This document shows, in pieces, positions 38,523 through 47,211 of a stretch of DNA of 58,515 nt. The stretch's first letter is position 1. The number at the start of each line of letters is the position of its first letter. The translations under genes were made by a program, and so were the position numbers. Origin of the DNA: Actinomycetota bacterium (GTDB taxonomy: Bacteria > Actinomycetota > UBA4738 > HRBIN12); contig DASSSA010000054.1 in the NCBI GenBank assembly GCA_035701505.1, positions 1 through 58,515 of the forward strand, in the 5' to 3' direction. The notes under the pieces were generated by a model. It searched no databases and was not told where the DNA came from. It worked only from the letters and a program-made list of their open reading frames with translations.

Positions 38523-38858
38523 GTGGCCGAGTACATCCGGGTCGCGTCGCTGGCAGAGGTACCCGAAGGGGAGCTGCGCGGGTTCGAGCTCGCCGCAGGG
38601 AGGATCGCCGTGGCCCACGTCGAGAACGAGCTCTTCGCCCTAGGCGACGAATGCACGCACGAGGGATGCCTGCTGTCGGAGGGTGAGGTTGACGAGTCCG
38701 CCGACACCGTGGTCTGTGCGTGTCATGGGAGCGCCTTCGATCTTCGCACCGGCGAGCCCGTGGAGGGTCCGGCCCAGGATCCCGTCCCAACGTTTCCCGT
38801 CCGGCTCGTGGAGGGATGGATCGAGCTGGTGCCCATCGTCGCAGGAGGAGACGCGTGA
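38523..38858 (+). CDS. Rieske [2Fe-2S] ferredoxin-like protein
   Basis: CTHEGC...CACHGS. GTG 38523 with AAGAAAGAGG upstream. Confidence 0.7.
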   Translation: MAEYIRVASLAEVPEGELRGFELAAGRIAVAHVENELFALGDECTHEGCLLSEGEVDESADTVVCACHGSAFDLRTGEPVEGPAQDPVPTFPVRLVEGWIELVPIVAGGDA

Positions 38859-38877
38859 CCCTGGAGAGAAGCGCCGG

Positions 38878-40308
38878 ATGAACGCCGCGCTGCGACCGCA
38901 CGCCGTCGTCATCTTCGGGGCCTCCGGCGACCTGACGAAGCGCAAGCTCCTGCCGGCCTTCTGGAGCCTGTTCGTCCAGGGTCTGCTCCCGAAGGGCTTC
39001 GCCATATCGGGGTACGCCCGCACCGAGATGACCGATCAGGAGTTTCGGGAACAGGCCCGCGAATCGGTCAAGCTGTTCGGCCGACGGACGCCGGACGACG
39101 AGGCATGGCGGGGGTTCGCGGAGCGCCTCTCATACCTCCCTGGCGAGTTCGCGAGCGAGGGCGCGATGATGCGACTCGAGAAGCACCTCACGTCGGTCGA
39201 CGAGCGGTTCGGCACCGAAGGAGGTCGGTTCTTCTACGCAGCCACGCCGACCACCGTCTACCCCGACATCGTGCACCGTCTGGCCGAGGCTGGTCTGCAT
39301 CGGGACGCCAAGGTCGTCTTCGAGAAGCCGTTCGGCCACGACCTGGCTTCAGCCCGAGAGCTGAACGTGAGGATCCACGAGGTCTTCGACGAGTCCCAGA
39401 TCTTTCGGATCGACCATTACCTGGGCAAGGAGACCGTCCAGAACATCCTGGCATTCCGGTTCGCCAACGGGCTCTTCGAGCCATTGTGGAACCGAAGATA
39501 CCTCGACCACATCGAGCTCACCGTGGCCGAGGACATCGGGATCGACGGCCGGGGGACCTTCTACGAGCAAACGGGAGCCATTCGCGACCTCGTGGTCACT
39601 CACCTGTTCCAGGTCTTGACGTTCCTGGCGATGGAGCCGCCGGTGTCCTTCCACCCCGACCGGCTGCGGGACGAGACGGTGAAGGTCCTGCGGAGCGCTC
39701 AACCCTGTGATCCATCGCAGGTGGTCCGGGGCCAGTACCGCGGCTACCGGGGGGAACCGGGCGTCGCCCCCGACTCGACCGTCGAGACGTTCGCCGCCTT
39801 GAGGCTGGAGATCGACAATTGGCGGTGGGCGGACGTCCCCTTCTTCCTGAGGACCGGCAAGCGCATGGCCGCCAAGTGCAGCGAGATCACGCTCAAGTTC
39901 CACAAGGTCCCCTTCAACGTGTTCCGAGGGACGGACCTCAATCTGCCCATGCGCGACCACCTGACCATCAGGATCCAGCCGAACGAGGGGATCACGCTCG
40001 CCGTGAACGCCAAGAAGCCGGGGCCGGGTCTGGACTTGGAGCGCGTCACGATGGATTTCGACTACGAGGAGGAGTTCGGGGGGCAGATCGCGGACGCCTA
40101 CGAGCTGCTGCTGCTCGAGGCCATGGAGGGCGACCACACGCTGTTCCTCCGCGAGGACGGCGTGGACCGCGCGTGGGAGATCCTTCAGCCGGTCCTGGAC
40201 AATCCGGCGCCGGTCGTGGAATACGAGCCGGGTGGCTGGGGGCCCGCCGAAGCGGACGCGTTGATCGCCCCGCACCGGTGGCACGCCACGCCGGCGCACC
40301 GTCTCTGA
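38878..40308 (+). CDS. zwf: glucose-6-phosphate dehydrogenase
   Basis: IFGASGDLTKRKLLPA and the active-site RIDHYLGKE. Confidence 0.9.
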   Translation: MNAALRPHAVVIFGASGDLTKRKLLPAFWSLFVQGLLPKGFAISGYARTEMTDQEFREQARESVKLFGRRTPDDEAWRGFAERLSYLPGEFASEGAMMRLEKHLTSVDERFGTEGGRFFYAATPTTVYPDIVHRLAEAGLHRDAKVVFEKPFGHDLASARELNVRIHEVFDESQIFRIDHYLGKETVQNILAFRFANGLFEPLWNRRYLDHIELTVAEDIGIDGRGTFYEQTGAIRDLVVTHLFQVLTFLAMEPPVSFHPDRLRDETVKVLRSAQPCDPSQVVRGQYRGYRGEPGVAPDSTVETFAALRLEIDNWRWADVPFFLRTGKRMAAKCSEITLKFHKVPFNVFRGTDLNLPMRDHLTIRIQPNEGITLAVNAKKPGPGLDLERVTMDFDYEEEFGGQIADAYELLLLEAMEGDHTLFLREDGVDRAWEILQPVLDNPAPVVEYEPGGWGPAEADALIAPHRWHATPAHRL

Positions 40309-40431
40309 GCGCCGGATGCCCTGAGCGAACTCTCACCTCGACCGACGATCCAGACGGGCGTCGGAGGGGTGGCACCGACGCGGCCCCTCGGATACGCTCT
40401 CCGGCCTCACTTCCCCGCACAGGAGGCATCG

Positions 40432-41811
40432 ATGGCGGAGCCCACCAGGTTCGACCTCTCGACCGACGACATCCCCACGGCGTGGTTCAACATCATGCCG
40501 GACATGGTCGGCGCGGGGATCCAACCGCTCCCGCCCCTGCACCCCGGGACGAAGGAGCCGATCACGCCCGACCTGCTCGCACCGCTGTTCCCCGAGGCAT
40601 TGATCCTCCAGGAGGTGTCGACCGAGCAGTGGATCGACGTTCCCGGGCCCGTGCTCGACATCTACCGGCTTTGGAGGCCGACCCCACTCCACCGGGCGGT
40701 CCGGCTGGAGCGGGCACTCCAGACCCCCGCGCGCATCTACTTCAAGTACGAGGGAGGATCGCCTGCCGGGTCCCACAAGCCCAACACCGCTGTGGCCCAG
40801 GCCTTCTACAACAGGGAATCAGGGGTCCGGAGCATCTCCACGGAGACCGGGGCGGGGCAGTGGGGCTCGGCGCTCTCGATGGCCTGCCGGTTCTTCGGCC
40901 TCGAGTGCCTGGTGTTCATGGTCAAGGCATCGTTCGAACAGAAGCCGTACCGGCGGATCTTCATGGAGACCTTCGGGGCGGAGGTGCGGCCCTCGCCGTC
41001 GAGCACGACCCAGGCGGGGAAGAAGATCCTCGAGGCGAACCCGGACTCGACGGGTTCGCTGGGGATCGCCATCAGCGAGGCCATCGAGGTGGCCGCGACG
41101 AACGATGACACCCACTACTCGCTTGGATCGGTCCTGAACCACGTGCTGCTGCACCAGACGGTGGTGGGCCTGGAGGCCCAGAAGCAGATGGAGATGACTG
41201 GGCAACGTCCCGATGTCGTCGTCGGCTGCGTCGGCGGCGGATCGAACTACGCCGGGCTGGCCTATCCGTTCATGGCCGAGCGGTTGCGGGGGACGTCCAT
41301 TACGAGGTTCCTGGCCACCGAGCCGGCCGCCTGTCCCACGCTCACGAAGGGAAGGTTCGCCTACGACTTCGGCGACACGGGGCAGATGACTCCGCTCCTC
41401 CCCATGTACACGCTGGGCCACGACTTCGTCCCGGCCCCGGTGCACGCCGGCGGCCTGCGGTATCACGGAGATGCGCCCTCGCTCTCGCTGCTCGTCCGGG
41501 AGGGGCACATGGAAGCCGCCGCGTACACGCAGAATGAGGTGTTCGAAGCCGCCGTGCAGTTCGCGCAGACGCAGGGCATCATTCCGGCGCCCGAGTCCGC
41601 CCATGCCATCCGCGGGGCAATCAACGAGGCCGTAGCCGCCAGAGAGGCCGGACAGGAGAAGGTCATCCTCATCGGGCTGTCCGGGCACGGGCACTTCGAC
41701 ATGCAGGCCTACGACGACTACCTGAACGCCCGCCTCCCGGAGGTGGAATTCGACCCGTCGGCGGAGGAAGCGGCGCTGGCGATGCTGCCGGAGGTCCCGG
41801 TCGGGGGCTGA
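40432..41811 (+). CDS. TrpB-like PLP-dependent enzyme (tryptophan synthase beta, TrpB2 type)
   Basis: AGGAGG upstream of ATG 40432. PLP-Lys context [17 protein letters not shown] and GGGSNYAG. Confidence 0.8.
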   Translation: MAEPTRFDLSTDDIPTAWFNIMPDMVGAGIQPLPPLHPGTKEPITPDLLAPLFPEALILQEVSTEQWIDVPGPVLDIYRLWRPTPLHRAVRLERALQTPARIYFKYEGGSPAGSHKPNTAVAQAFYNRESGVRSISTETGAGQWGSALSMACRFFGLECLVFMVKASFEQKPYRRIFMETFGAEVRPSPSSTTQAGKKILEANPDSTGSLGIAISEAIEVAATNDDTHYSLGSVLNHVLLHQTVVGLEAQKQMEMTGQRPDVVVGCVGGGSNYAGLAYPFMAERLRGTSITRFLATEPAACPTLTKGRFAYDFGDTGQMTPLLPMYTLGHDFVPAPVHAGGLRYHGDAPSLSLLVREGHMEAAAYTQNEVFEAAVQFAQTQGIIPAPESAHAIRGAINEAVAAREAGQEKVILIGLSGHGHFDMQAYDDYLNARLPEVEFDPSAEEAALAMLPEVPVGG

Positions 41812-41822
41812 CCTCGACGTCC

Positions 41823-42170
41823 CTACCCAGCCCGGCGCGTCTCGGCCAGACGCCGTTCCAGGAACCTCCGTTCCTGGGGGTTCGTGACGAGCTCGAGCCC
41901 TCGCTCATAGGCGGCGGCCGCCTCTTCGAAGCGGGCCAGGCGGCGAAGCAAATCGGCGCGGGCGGAGTGGAACAGCTGATAGCCGTCCAGGGCCTCTGCC
42001 AGTGGCTCGAGGGTCCGCAGACCCCGGTCCGGTCCGTCCGCCATTGCCATGGCCACCGCCCGGTTGAGCTCGACGACTGGGGAGGGCGCCGCGGCCGACA
42101 ACGCCTCGTACAGCGCGGCGATCAACGGCCAGTCCTGCCTACCCCTTTCTGCGCGGGCCGCCTGGTGGCC
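41823..42170 (-). pseudogene. C-terminal remnant of a SigJ-like (DUF6596-type) ECF sigma factor
   Basis: GRQDWPLIAALYEALSAAAPSPVVELNRAVAMAMADGP...YQLFHSARADLLRRLARFEEAAAAYERGLELVTNPQERRFLERRLAE is the tail of about 400-aa ECF sigmas as I recall them. No sigma regions 2/4 lie upstream. The frame closes at 42252-42254 and the next gene starts at 42264. Confidence 0.5.
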
Positions 42171-42263
42171 GCCACCAACCCTACCGACGATCGGCGACGG
42201 GCGGGATCGACAGCGCGGCGGGAGACGGTCGGCGTCCGGCGGGCCGGTAGGCTAGGTGCCGCG

Positions 42264-43436
42264 ATGTCGGCCCCCGAGATCGATCCGCTCGACTTCCTGG
42301 CGATCGACCGCCTGCTCTCCGATGAGGAACGCGACATCCGCGATGCCGTTCGAGCGTTCGTTCGAAGCGAGATCCTGCCCGGTGTGGGGGAGTGGTTCGA
42401 GCGTGGCGAGTTCCCCAGGGAGGTGGCCAAGGGCCTGGCCGAGCTCGGCCTCCTTGGGATGCACCTGACCGGGTACGACTGCGCGGGGGCGAACGCGATC
42501 TCCTACGGCCTGGCCTGTCTGGAGCTCGAGGCCGGCGACAGCGGGTTCAGGTCCTTCGTCTCCGTGCAGGGCTCGCTGTGCATGTTCCCCATCTGGAAGT
42601 TCGGGACCGAGGAGCAGAAGCTGCGCTACTTGCCGAAGATGGCCCGCGGCGAAGTGGTCGGGTGCTTCGGGCTCACCGAGCCCGACGTCGGGAGCGACCC
42701 GGGCCGGATGCGGACCTCAGCGACCCGCGACGGCTCCGAGTGGGTACTGTCCGGGACCAAGATGTGGATCACGAACGGTGGCATCGCGGACCTGGCGGTG
42801 GTCTGGGCCAAGGCCGACGACGGTGTCCGCGGGTTCCTGGTCCCCACCGAGTCGCCCGGGTTCTCCGCCAGGGATATCGAGCGCAAGCTGTCGCTCCGAG
42901 CCTCGGTCACCTCCGAGCTCGTCCTGGACGAGGTTCGCCTGCCCGAGGACGCGATGCTGCCCGGCGTGGTGGGGTTGAAGGGCCCGTTGTCCTGCTTGAG
43001 CGAGGCGCGGTACGGGATCGTGTGGGGCGCCATGGGGGCGGCGCGCGCCTGCTTCGAGAGCGCGCTCGAGTTCGCCAAGACCCGCGTGCAGTGGGGCAAG
43101 CCGATCGGGGAGTTCCAGCTCACCCAGGAGAAGCTGGCGAACATGGCGGTCGAGATCAACTCGGGGATGCTGTTGGCGATCCACCTCGGGCGGATGAAGG
43201 ATGACGGCATCCTTCGGCCCGAGCACGTCTCGATGGGCAAGCTCAGCAACGTGCGGGAGGCTCTGGGGGTGGCCCGAGAGGCCCGAACGATCCTCGGGGC
43301 GAGCGGCATCACCCTGGAGTACCCGGTGATCCGCCACATGAACAACCTGGAGTCCGTCCTCACCTACGAGGGAACGAGCGAGATCCACACGTTGATCGTT
43401 GGAGAGGCGCTCACGGGACTCCGCGCCTTCGAGTGA
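42264..43436 (+). CDS. gcdH: acyl-CoA dehydrogenase, glutaryl-CoA dehydrogenase-like
   Basis: CFGLTEPDVGSDP, KMWITNG, YEGTSEIHTLIVG. The N-terminus IDRLLSDEERDIRDAVRAF is typical of GCDH-type ACADs. Confidence 0.7.
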   Translation: MSAPEIDPLDFLAIDRLLSDEERDIRDAVRAFVRSEILPGVGEWFERGEFPREVAKGLAELGLLGMHLTGYDCAGANAISYGLACLELEAGDSGFRSFVSVQGSLCMFPIWKFGTEEQKLRYLPKMARGEVVGCFGLTEPDVGSDPGRMRTSATRDGSEWVLSGTKMWITNGGIADLAVVWAKADDGVRGFLVPTESPGFSARDIERKLSLRASVTSELVLDEVRLPEDAMLPGVVGLKGPLSCLSEARYGIVWGAMGAARACFESALEFAKTRVQWGKPIGEFQLTQEKLANMAVEINSGMLLAIHLGRMKDDGILRPEHVSMGKLSNVREALGVAREARTILGASGITLEYPVIRHMNNLESVLTYEGTSEIHTLIVGEALTGLRAFE

Positions 43437-43499
43437 CCAGCATGTAGCCTGCCGCTGCGGGTCCGAGCCATGGCAAAGCCGGAAGGAGGAGGTTGGAGG

Positions 43500-43688
43500 A
43501 TGGCGCGCGAGTTCGATTGGGCGCTCTTCGAGAAGGCCGTCGACATCACGACGTCCGCGGTGCGGGGCACCCTGGGCGGGGAGAACAGCCAGGCGCCGAA
43601 GTTCGCGGCCGACGTGTTCCGGGAGGTGTGGGCGGCCCTGAAGGATGCGGCGGGGGATCTGTCGGCCCGGGGTAAGCCGGGGTTCTGA
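43500..43688 (+). CDS. hypothetical small protein (62 aa)
   Basis: GGAAGGAGGAGG ends 7 nt upstream of ATG 43500. Good third-position G/C bias. No family recognised. Confidence 0.4.
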   Translation: MAREFDWALFEKAVDITTSAVRGTLGGENSQAPKFAADVFREVWAALKDAAGDLSARGKPGF

Positions 43689-43699
43689 GGCTACCCCGG
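43677..43699. terminator. hairpin enclosing both stop codons of convergent genes
   Basis: CCGGGGT-tctgaggct-ACCCCGG: a 7-bp stem with a 9-nt loop. The TGA (43686-88) and the minus-strand TAG (43691-93) both lie in the loop. Confidence 0.35.
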
Positions 43700-44056
43700 T
43701 CGCGAGAGATCGCGGAGGGAGACCACGCCGACCAGCGCGGCCCCGTCCATCACCGGCAGGTGTCGGAATCCCCGATCGAGCATGATGTCGCGGGCTTCGC
43801 GGACGTCGGTCGCGGACTCGACGGTGATCGGATCTGGGGTCATCCACTGGGAGATGTGGTGTTGCGCGGCGTCGAAATCGGCTGCCAGCGCGCGGAGGAT
43901 GTCGCGCTCGGTGAAGATCCCGGCCGGCCTCCCCTCCTGGAGTACCAAGGCCGAGCCGACGTGATGGGCGCCCATCATGGTGGCCGCTTCGGCCACGGTC
44001 GCAGTCGGCTCGACGGTCACGACCTCCTTGCTCATGACGTCGCGGACGGTGGTCAT
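43691..44056 (-). CDS. CBS-pair domain protein
   Basis: 121 aa from ATG 44056: MTTVRDVMSKEVVTVEP...GIFTERDILR...QWMTPDPITV...HLPVMDGAALVGVVSLRDL. Confidence 0.8.
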   Translation of the reverse strand: MTTVRDVMSKEVVTVEPTATVAEAATMMGAHHVGSALVLQEGRPAGIFTERDILRALAADFDAAQHHISQWMTPDPITVESATDVREARDIMLDRGFRHLPVMDGAALVGVVSLRDLSRPG

Positions 44057-44951
44057 GGCCACATCCAAGCCTAGACCCCGCCGGTTGGGTCGCAAAGCCC
44101 TGCTTCGCTGGTACGCACCGCGCCGACGCGCGTACCCATGGCGGACCACGCGCGACCCGTACCGGATCCTGGTCTCCGAGATGATGCTGCAGCAGACGCA
44201 GGCGTCGCGCGTGGTCCCCGTCTTCCGGTCGTTCGTGGCCCGCTTCCCCACCGTTCACTCGCTCGGAGGGGCGCGCCTCCGCGACGTCGTCACCGCCTGG
44301 CAGGGCCTCGGGTACAACCGCCGAGCCGTGGCCCTGTGGGAGGCGGCCCGCACGATCGTCCGGGACCACGGGGGGAACGTTCCGGACGACCCGGTCGAGA
44401 TGGAGAGGCTCGCCGGGGTGGGCCCGTACACGGCGGCAGCCGTGTCCTCGGTGGCGTTCGGATCGTCGGTGGCGGCCGTTGATACGAACACGCGGCGGAT
44501 AGTGGCTCGGTTCTTCCTCGGCGCGGAGCCCGACGGCGTGTCGCCGCGCGAGATCCGTGTGCTGGCCGACGCATGGCTTGACGACCGAGATCCGGGCGGG
44601 TGGAATCAGGCGGTGATGGACCTTGGCCGGGAGCGGTGCCGGCCTCGGCCTCGGTGCGGAGCGTGTCCGCTCAGACCGCTGTGTCGCTTTGCGGCCGAGG
44701 GCCGGGAACCCGCGCCGGCCCGGCGGCGGCAGCCCGCGTTCGAGGGGTCGTTCCGACAATTGCGCGGCGCCGTCGTCCGCACCCTCGTCGATCGGGAAGG
44801 GGCGTCCCTGGCGGAGTTGTCCCGTGAGACCGGGGTGCCCCTCCAGCGAGTGGGCGAGGCGGTGTCGGCGCTGGCCGCCGAGGGCCTGGTGGTCGCGGGG
44901 CCGGCCGCCCGGGCGGGCCGCCCGGGCGGCCGCCTCCGCCTCCCCGGCTGA
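44055..44951 (+). CDS. mutY: A/G-specific adenine DNA glycosylase, short actinobacterial type
   Basis: YPWRTTRDPYRILVSEMMLQQTQ, HhH GVGPYTAAAV, catalytic-Asp context AVDTN, 4Fe-4S loop CRPRPRCGACPLRPLC, and a wHTH-like tail instead of a long Nudix-like domain. The start could also be ATG 44034 or TTG 44085. Confidence 0.75.
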   Translation: MATSKPRPRRLGRKALLRWYAPRRRAYPWRTTRDPYRILVSEMMLQQTQASRVVPVFRSFVARFPTVHSLGGARLRDVVTAWQGLGYNRRAVALWEAARTIVRDHGGNVPDDPVEMERLAGVGPYTAAAVSSVAFGSSVAAVDTNTRRIVARFFLGAEPDGVSPREIRVLADAWLDDRDPGGWNQAVMDLGRERCRPRPRCGACPLRPLCRFAAEGREPAPARRRQPAFEGSFRQLRGAVVRTLVDREGASLAELSRETGVPLQRVGEAVSALAAEGLVVAGPAARAGRPGGRLRLPG

Positions 44952-45019
44952 ACGGGAACGTCGGAACCCCCCGCCCCCGTCCAATCGCTCGACCGTTCGG
45001 ACCGGCTAGGGAGGCCTCC

Positions 45020-45964
45020 ATGCGCAAGGCAGTGCTGTCGATCATCGGGTTCCTGGTGCTCGCCGGGATCGTCGGATACGTCTCCACGTGGGGTGGCGGG
45101 CTCCAGTCGGAGCAGTCAGTAGGTGGCGGCGGGGGCGCGGCCGGTCGGGCACCCGAGACGGCAGAGGGTCGGGTCGGGAGCGACGAACCAGTCGCCGCTG
45201 TCCCGATGCCGGGATCTGTGGACGGACAGGATGCCGGTCTCGCCGCGGGGGGAGGACTCTCCTCGGTCGGATCGCTTCCCCCCATCGGTCCCGACATCGT
45301 GAAGACCGCCGGCATCTCGATCGAGGTGAAGAGCGGTGGGTTCGAGACGGCGTTCAACGCCGCGACCACGATCGCAGGAAGGTACGCCGGCTACGTCGAG
45401 GATTCATCGATGCACGGGATCAAAGCCAAGTCGGGCGAGCTCACGATCCGCGTTCCCGCCTCCGCCTTCGACCGGGCCATGAACGACCTCCGAGGCCTGG
45501 GCTCGGTTGAGGGGCAGTCGATCTCGGGCCAGGACGTGACGGCACAATTCGTCGATCTCGACGCACGGCTTCGGACCTGGCAGGCCCAGGAAGCGGTGCT
45601 CCTGCGGCTGATGCGACGAGCGACCTCGATCGAGTCCACGCTTCGGGTCCAGAACCAGCTACAGGACGTGCAATTCCGGATCGAGCAGATCAAGGGCCAG
45701 CTCCGCCTGTTGGAGGACCAGACATCGCTCGCAACGATCGACGTTTCGCTCCGAGAAGTGGGTGCCGTGGTCGGCGTTCGGCGGACGGCGGCCCGTGAAC
45801 GGCCCAGCCTCGGCGAGGCCTGGAACCGGGCGGTCGACGGATTCCTCGGCGTGATCTTCGCCGTCGTCGTCGGGCTGGGGTACCTGATCCCGTTGGCCGC
45901 GATCGCGTTCGCCATCGGGTTCGGTTACCGCCGGTACCGGGCCAGGCCGGCATCGGCCACGTAG
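45020..45964 (+). CDS. DUF4349-domain membrane-anchored protein
   Basis: N-terminal TM, then DVTAQFVDLDARLRTWQAQEAVLLRLM..LRVQNQLQDVQFRIEQIKGQLRLLEDQTSLATIDVSL, and two C-terminal TM segments. Confidence 0.7.
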   Translation: MRKAVLSIIGFLVLAGIVGYVSTWGGGLQSEQSVGGGGGAAGRAPETAEGRVGSDEPVAAVPMPGSVDGQDAGLAAGGGLSSVGSLPPIGPDIVKTAGISIEVKSGGFETAFNAATTIAGRYAGYVEDSSMHGIKAKSGELTIRVPASAFDRAMNDLRGLGSVEGQSISGQDVTAQFVDLDARLRTWQAQEAVLLRLMRRATSIESTLRVQNQLQDVQFRIEQIKGQLRLLEDQTSLATIDVSLREVGAVVGVRRTAARERPSLGEAWNRAVDGFLGVIFAVVVGLGYLIPLAAIAFAIGFGYRRYRARPASAT

Positions 45965-45995
45965 ACAGCTTGCCTCGCGGACCAGTGGTTGTTAG

Positions 45996-46025
45996 TTGAC
46001 ACTAACGTAAGGCCAGGCTTAACCT
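45996..46025 (+). promoter_or_regulatory. candidate promoter of the ArsR operon (-35 TTGACA, 18-nt spacer, -10 TAACCT)
   Basis: Hexamers read directly. The -10 fits the actinobacterial TANNNT pattern and ends 10 nt before GTG 46036, implying a leaderless or near-leaderless mRNA. The inverted arms GTTAG/CTAAC (45991-46006) straddle the -35. Confidence 0.4.
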
Positions 46026-46035
46026 GCCGGGTATC

Positions 46036-46350
46036 GTGGAGGCTGCCCTCCGAGCCATCGCCGAGCCTCGCCGGCGTCAGATCCTGCGCCTGGTTCGCGA
46101 CGAGGAGATGAGCGCCGGGGAGATCGCCTCCCATTTCGAGGTGACCCGTTCGGCCGTGTCCCAGCACCTCCGGGTGTTGAAGGATGCCGGGCTCGTCTCC
46201 GAGCGGCGGAACGGGACCCGTCGCATCTACCGGATCCGGCCCGAGGGGCTTGCCGAGCTCCGCGAGTTCATCGATGGTCTGTGGGAGATCAAGCTCGCCA
46301 CCCTCAAGCGAGTGGCGGAGGCCGAGGAGAGGAGGCGGCGTGGTCACTGA
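46036..46350 (+). CDS. ArsR/SmtB-family transcriptional regulator
   Basis: LRAIAEPRRRQILRLV and HTH SAGEIASHFEVTRSAVSQHLRVLKDAGLV. Confidence 0.85.
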   Translation: MEAALRAIAEPRRRQILRLVRDEEMSAGEIASHFEVTRSAVSQHLRVLKDAGLVSERRNGTRRIYRIRPEGLAELREFIDGLWEIKLATLKRVAEAEERRRRGH

Positions 46351-46780
46351 GGGGACGGAGGTGCTCGCCCACGAGCTCCGGATCGAGGCCCGGCCCGAGA
46401 CCGTGTTCGCGTTCCTCACGGACCCCGACAAGATGACCCGGTGGAAGGGCGACTCGGCGCAGCTCGACGCCCGGCCCGGCGGCGTGTACCGCGTGCAGAT
46501 CGGTCACGCGGTGGTGGTCGGCGAGTTCGTCGAGCTCGATCCCCCCCGCCGGGTGGTATTCACGTGGGGGTGGGAGGGGAACGACGCCGTCCCGCCTGGA
46601 TCGAGCACCGTCGAGATCACGCTCACGTCCGACGGAGAAGCCACGATCCTCCGCCTGGTGCACCGAGACCTTCCGGAGGAACAGCGCGCCGAGCACGATG
46701 GAGGGTGGAAGCATTTCTTGCCGCGGCTGGCCACTGCCGCCGCGCACGATCAACCAGGCTCCGGAAGCGGAGTCGGTTAG
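46340..46780 (+). CDS. SRPBCC/AHSA1-family protein
   Basis: GTG 46340 with GAGGAGAGGAGG upstream; it overlaps the ArsR stop by 11 nt. RPETVFAFLTDPDKMTRW and the GGWKHFL tail. Confidence 0.75.
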   Translation: MVTEGTEVLAHELRIEARPETVFAFLTDPDKMTRWKGDSAQLDARPGGVYRVQIGHAVVVGEFVELDPPRRVVFTWGWEGNDAVPPGSSTVEITLTSDGEATILRLVHRDLPEEQRAEHDGGWKHFLPRLATAAAHDQPGSGSGVG

Positions 46781-46801
46781 GCAGCGGAAGGAGGAGACCG
46801 C

Positions 46802-47158
46802 GTGGGCGCACCGGTGGTGCACTTCGAGATCAACGGAAAGGACCTGAAGGCCCTCTCCACGTACTACTCGCAGCTGTTCGGGTGGCAGGTGCATGAAGCC
46901 ATGCCGACCTACGGCCTGGTGCACACGGAGGCCGGCGGCAGGGGCATCGAGGGAGGTATCTCCGGAGAGAGCGAGAACCCGGGCGTGACGATCTACGCCG
47001 AGGTGGACGACCCCCAGAAGTACCTGGATCTGGCGGAGAGTCTGGGCGGCAAGGTGGTCATGCCGGTCACGGACATGGGCATGGTCACCTACGGGCTGTT
47101 CACCGACCCCGAGGGACATCTCGTCGGCGTGGTCAAAGCGGAGGAGGCCTCCTCCTAG
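46802..47158 (+). CDS. VOC (glyoxalase/bleomycin-resistance) family protein
   Basis: VVHFEINGKDLKALSTYYSQLFGW...FTDPEGHLVGVV. Confidence 0.8.
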   Translation: MGAPVVHFEINGKDLKALSTYYSQLFGWQVHEAMPTYGLVHTEAGGRGIEGGISGESENPGVTIYAEVDDPQKYLDLAESLGGKVVMPVTDMGMVTYGLFTDPEGHLVGVVKAEEASS

Positions 47159-47211
47159 TTCGAACGCGTCTCGCTGCGGGACCGGCCTGAATCGGGCCTC
47201 GGTACGACCCG

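Noticed and set aside
42717-44984. 755-aa minus-strand ORF
   Set aside because: It is antisense to the acyl-CoA dehydrogenase and mutY, and out of frame with the CBS gene. The sequence is low-complexity and Arg/Pro/Gly-rich.
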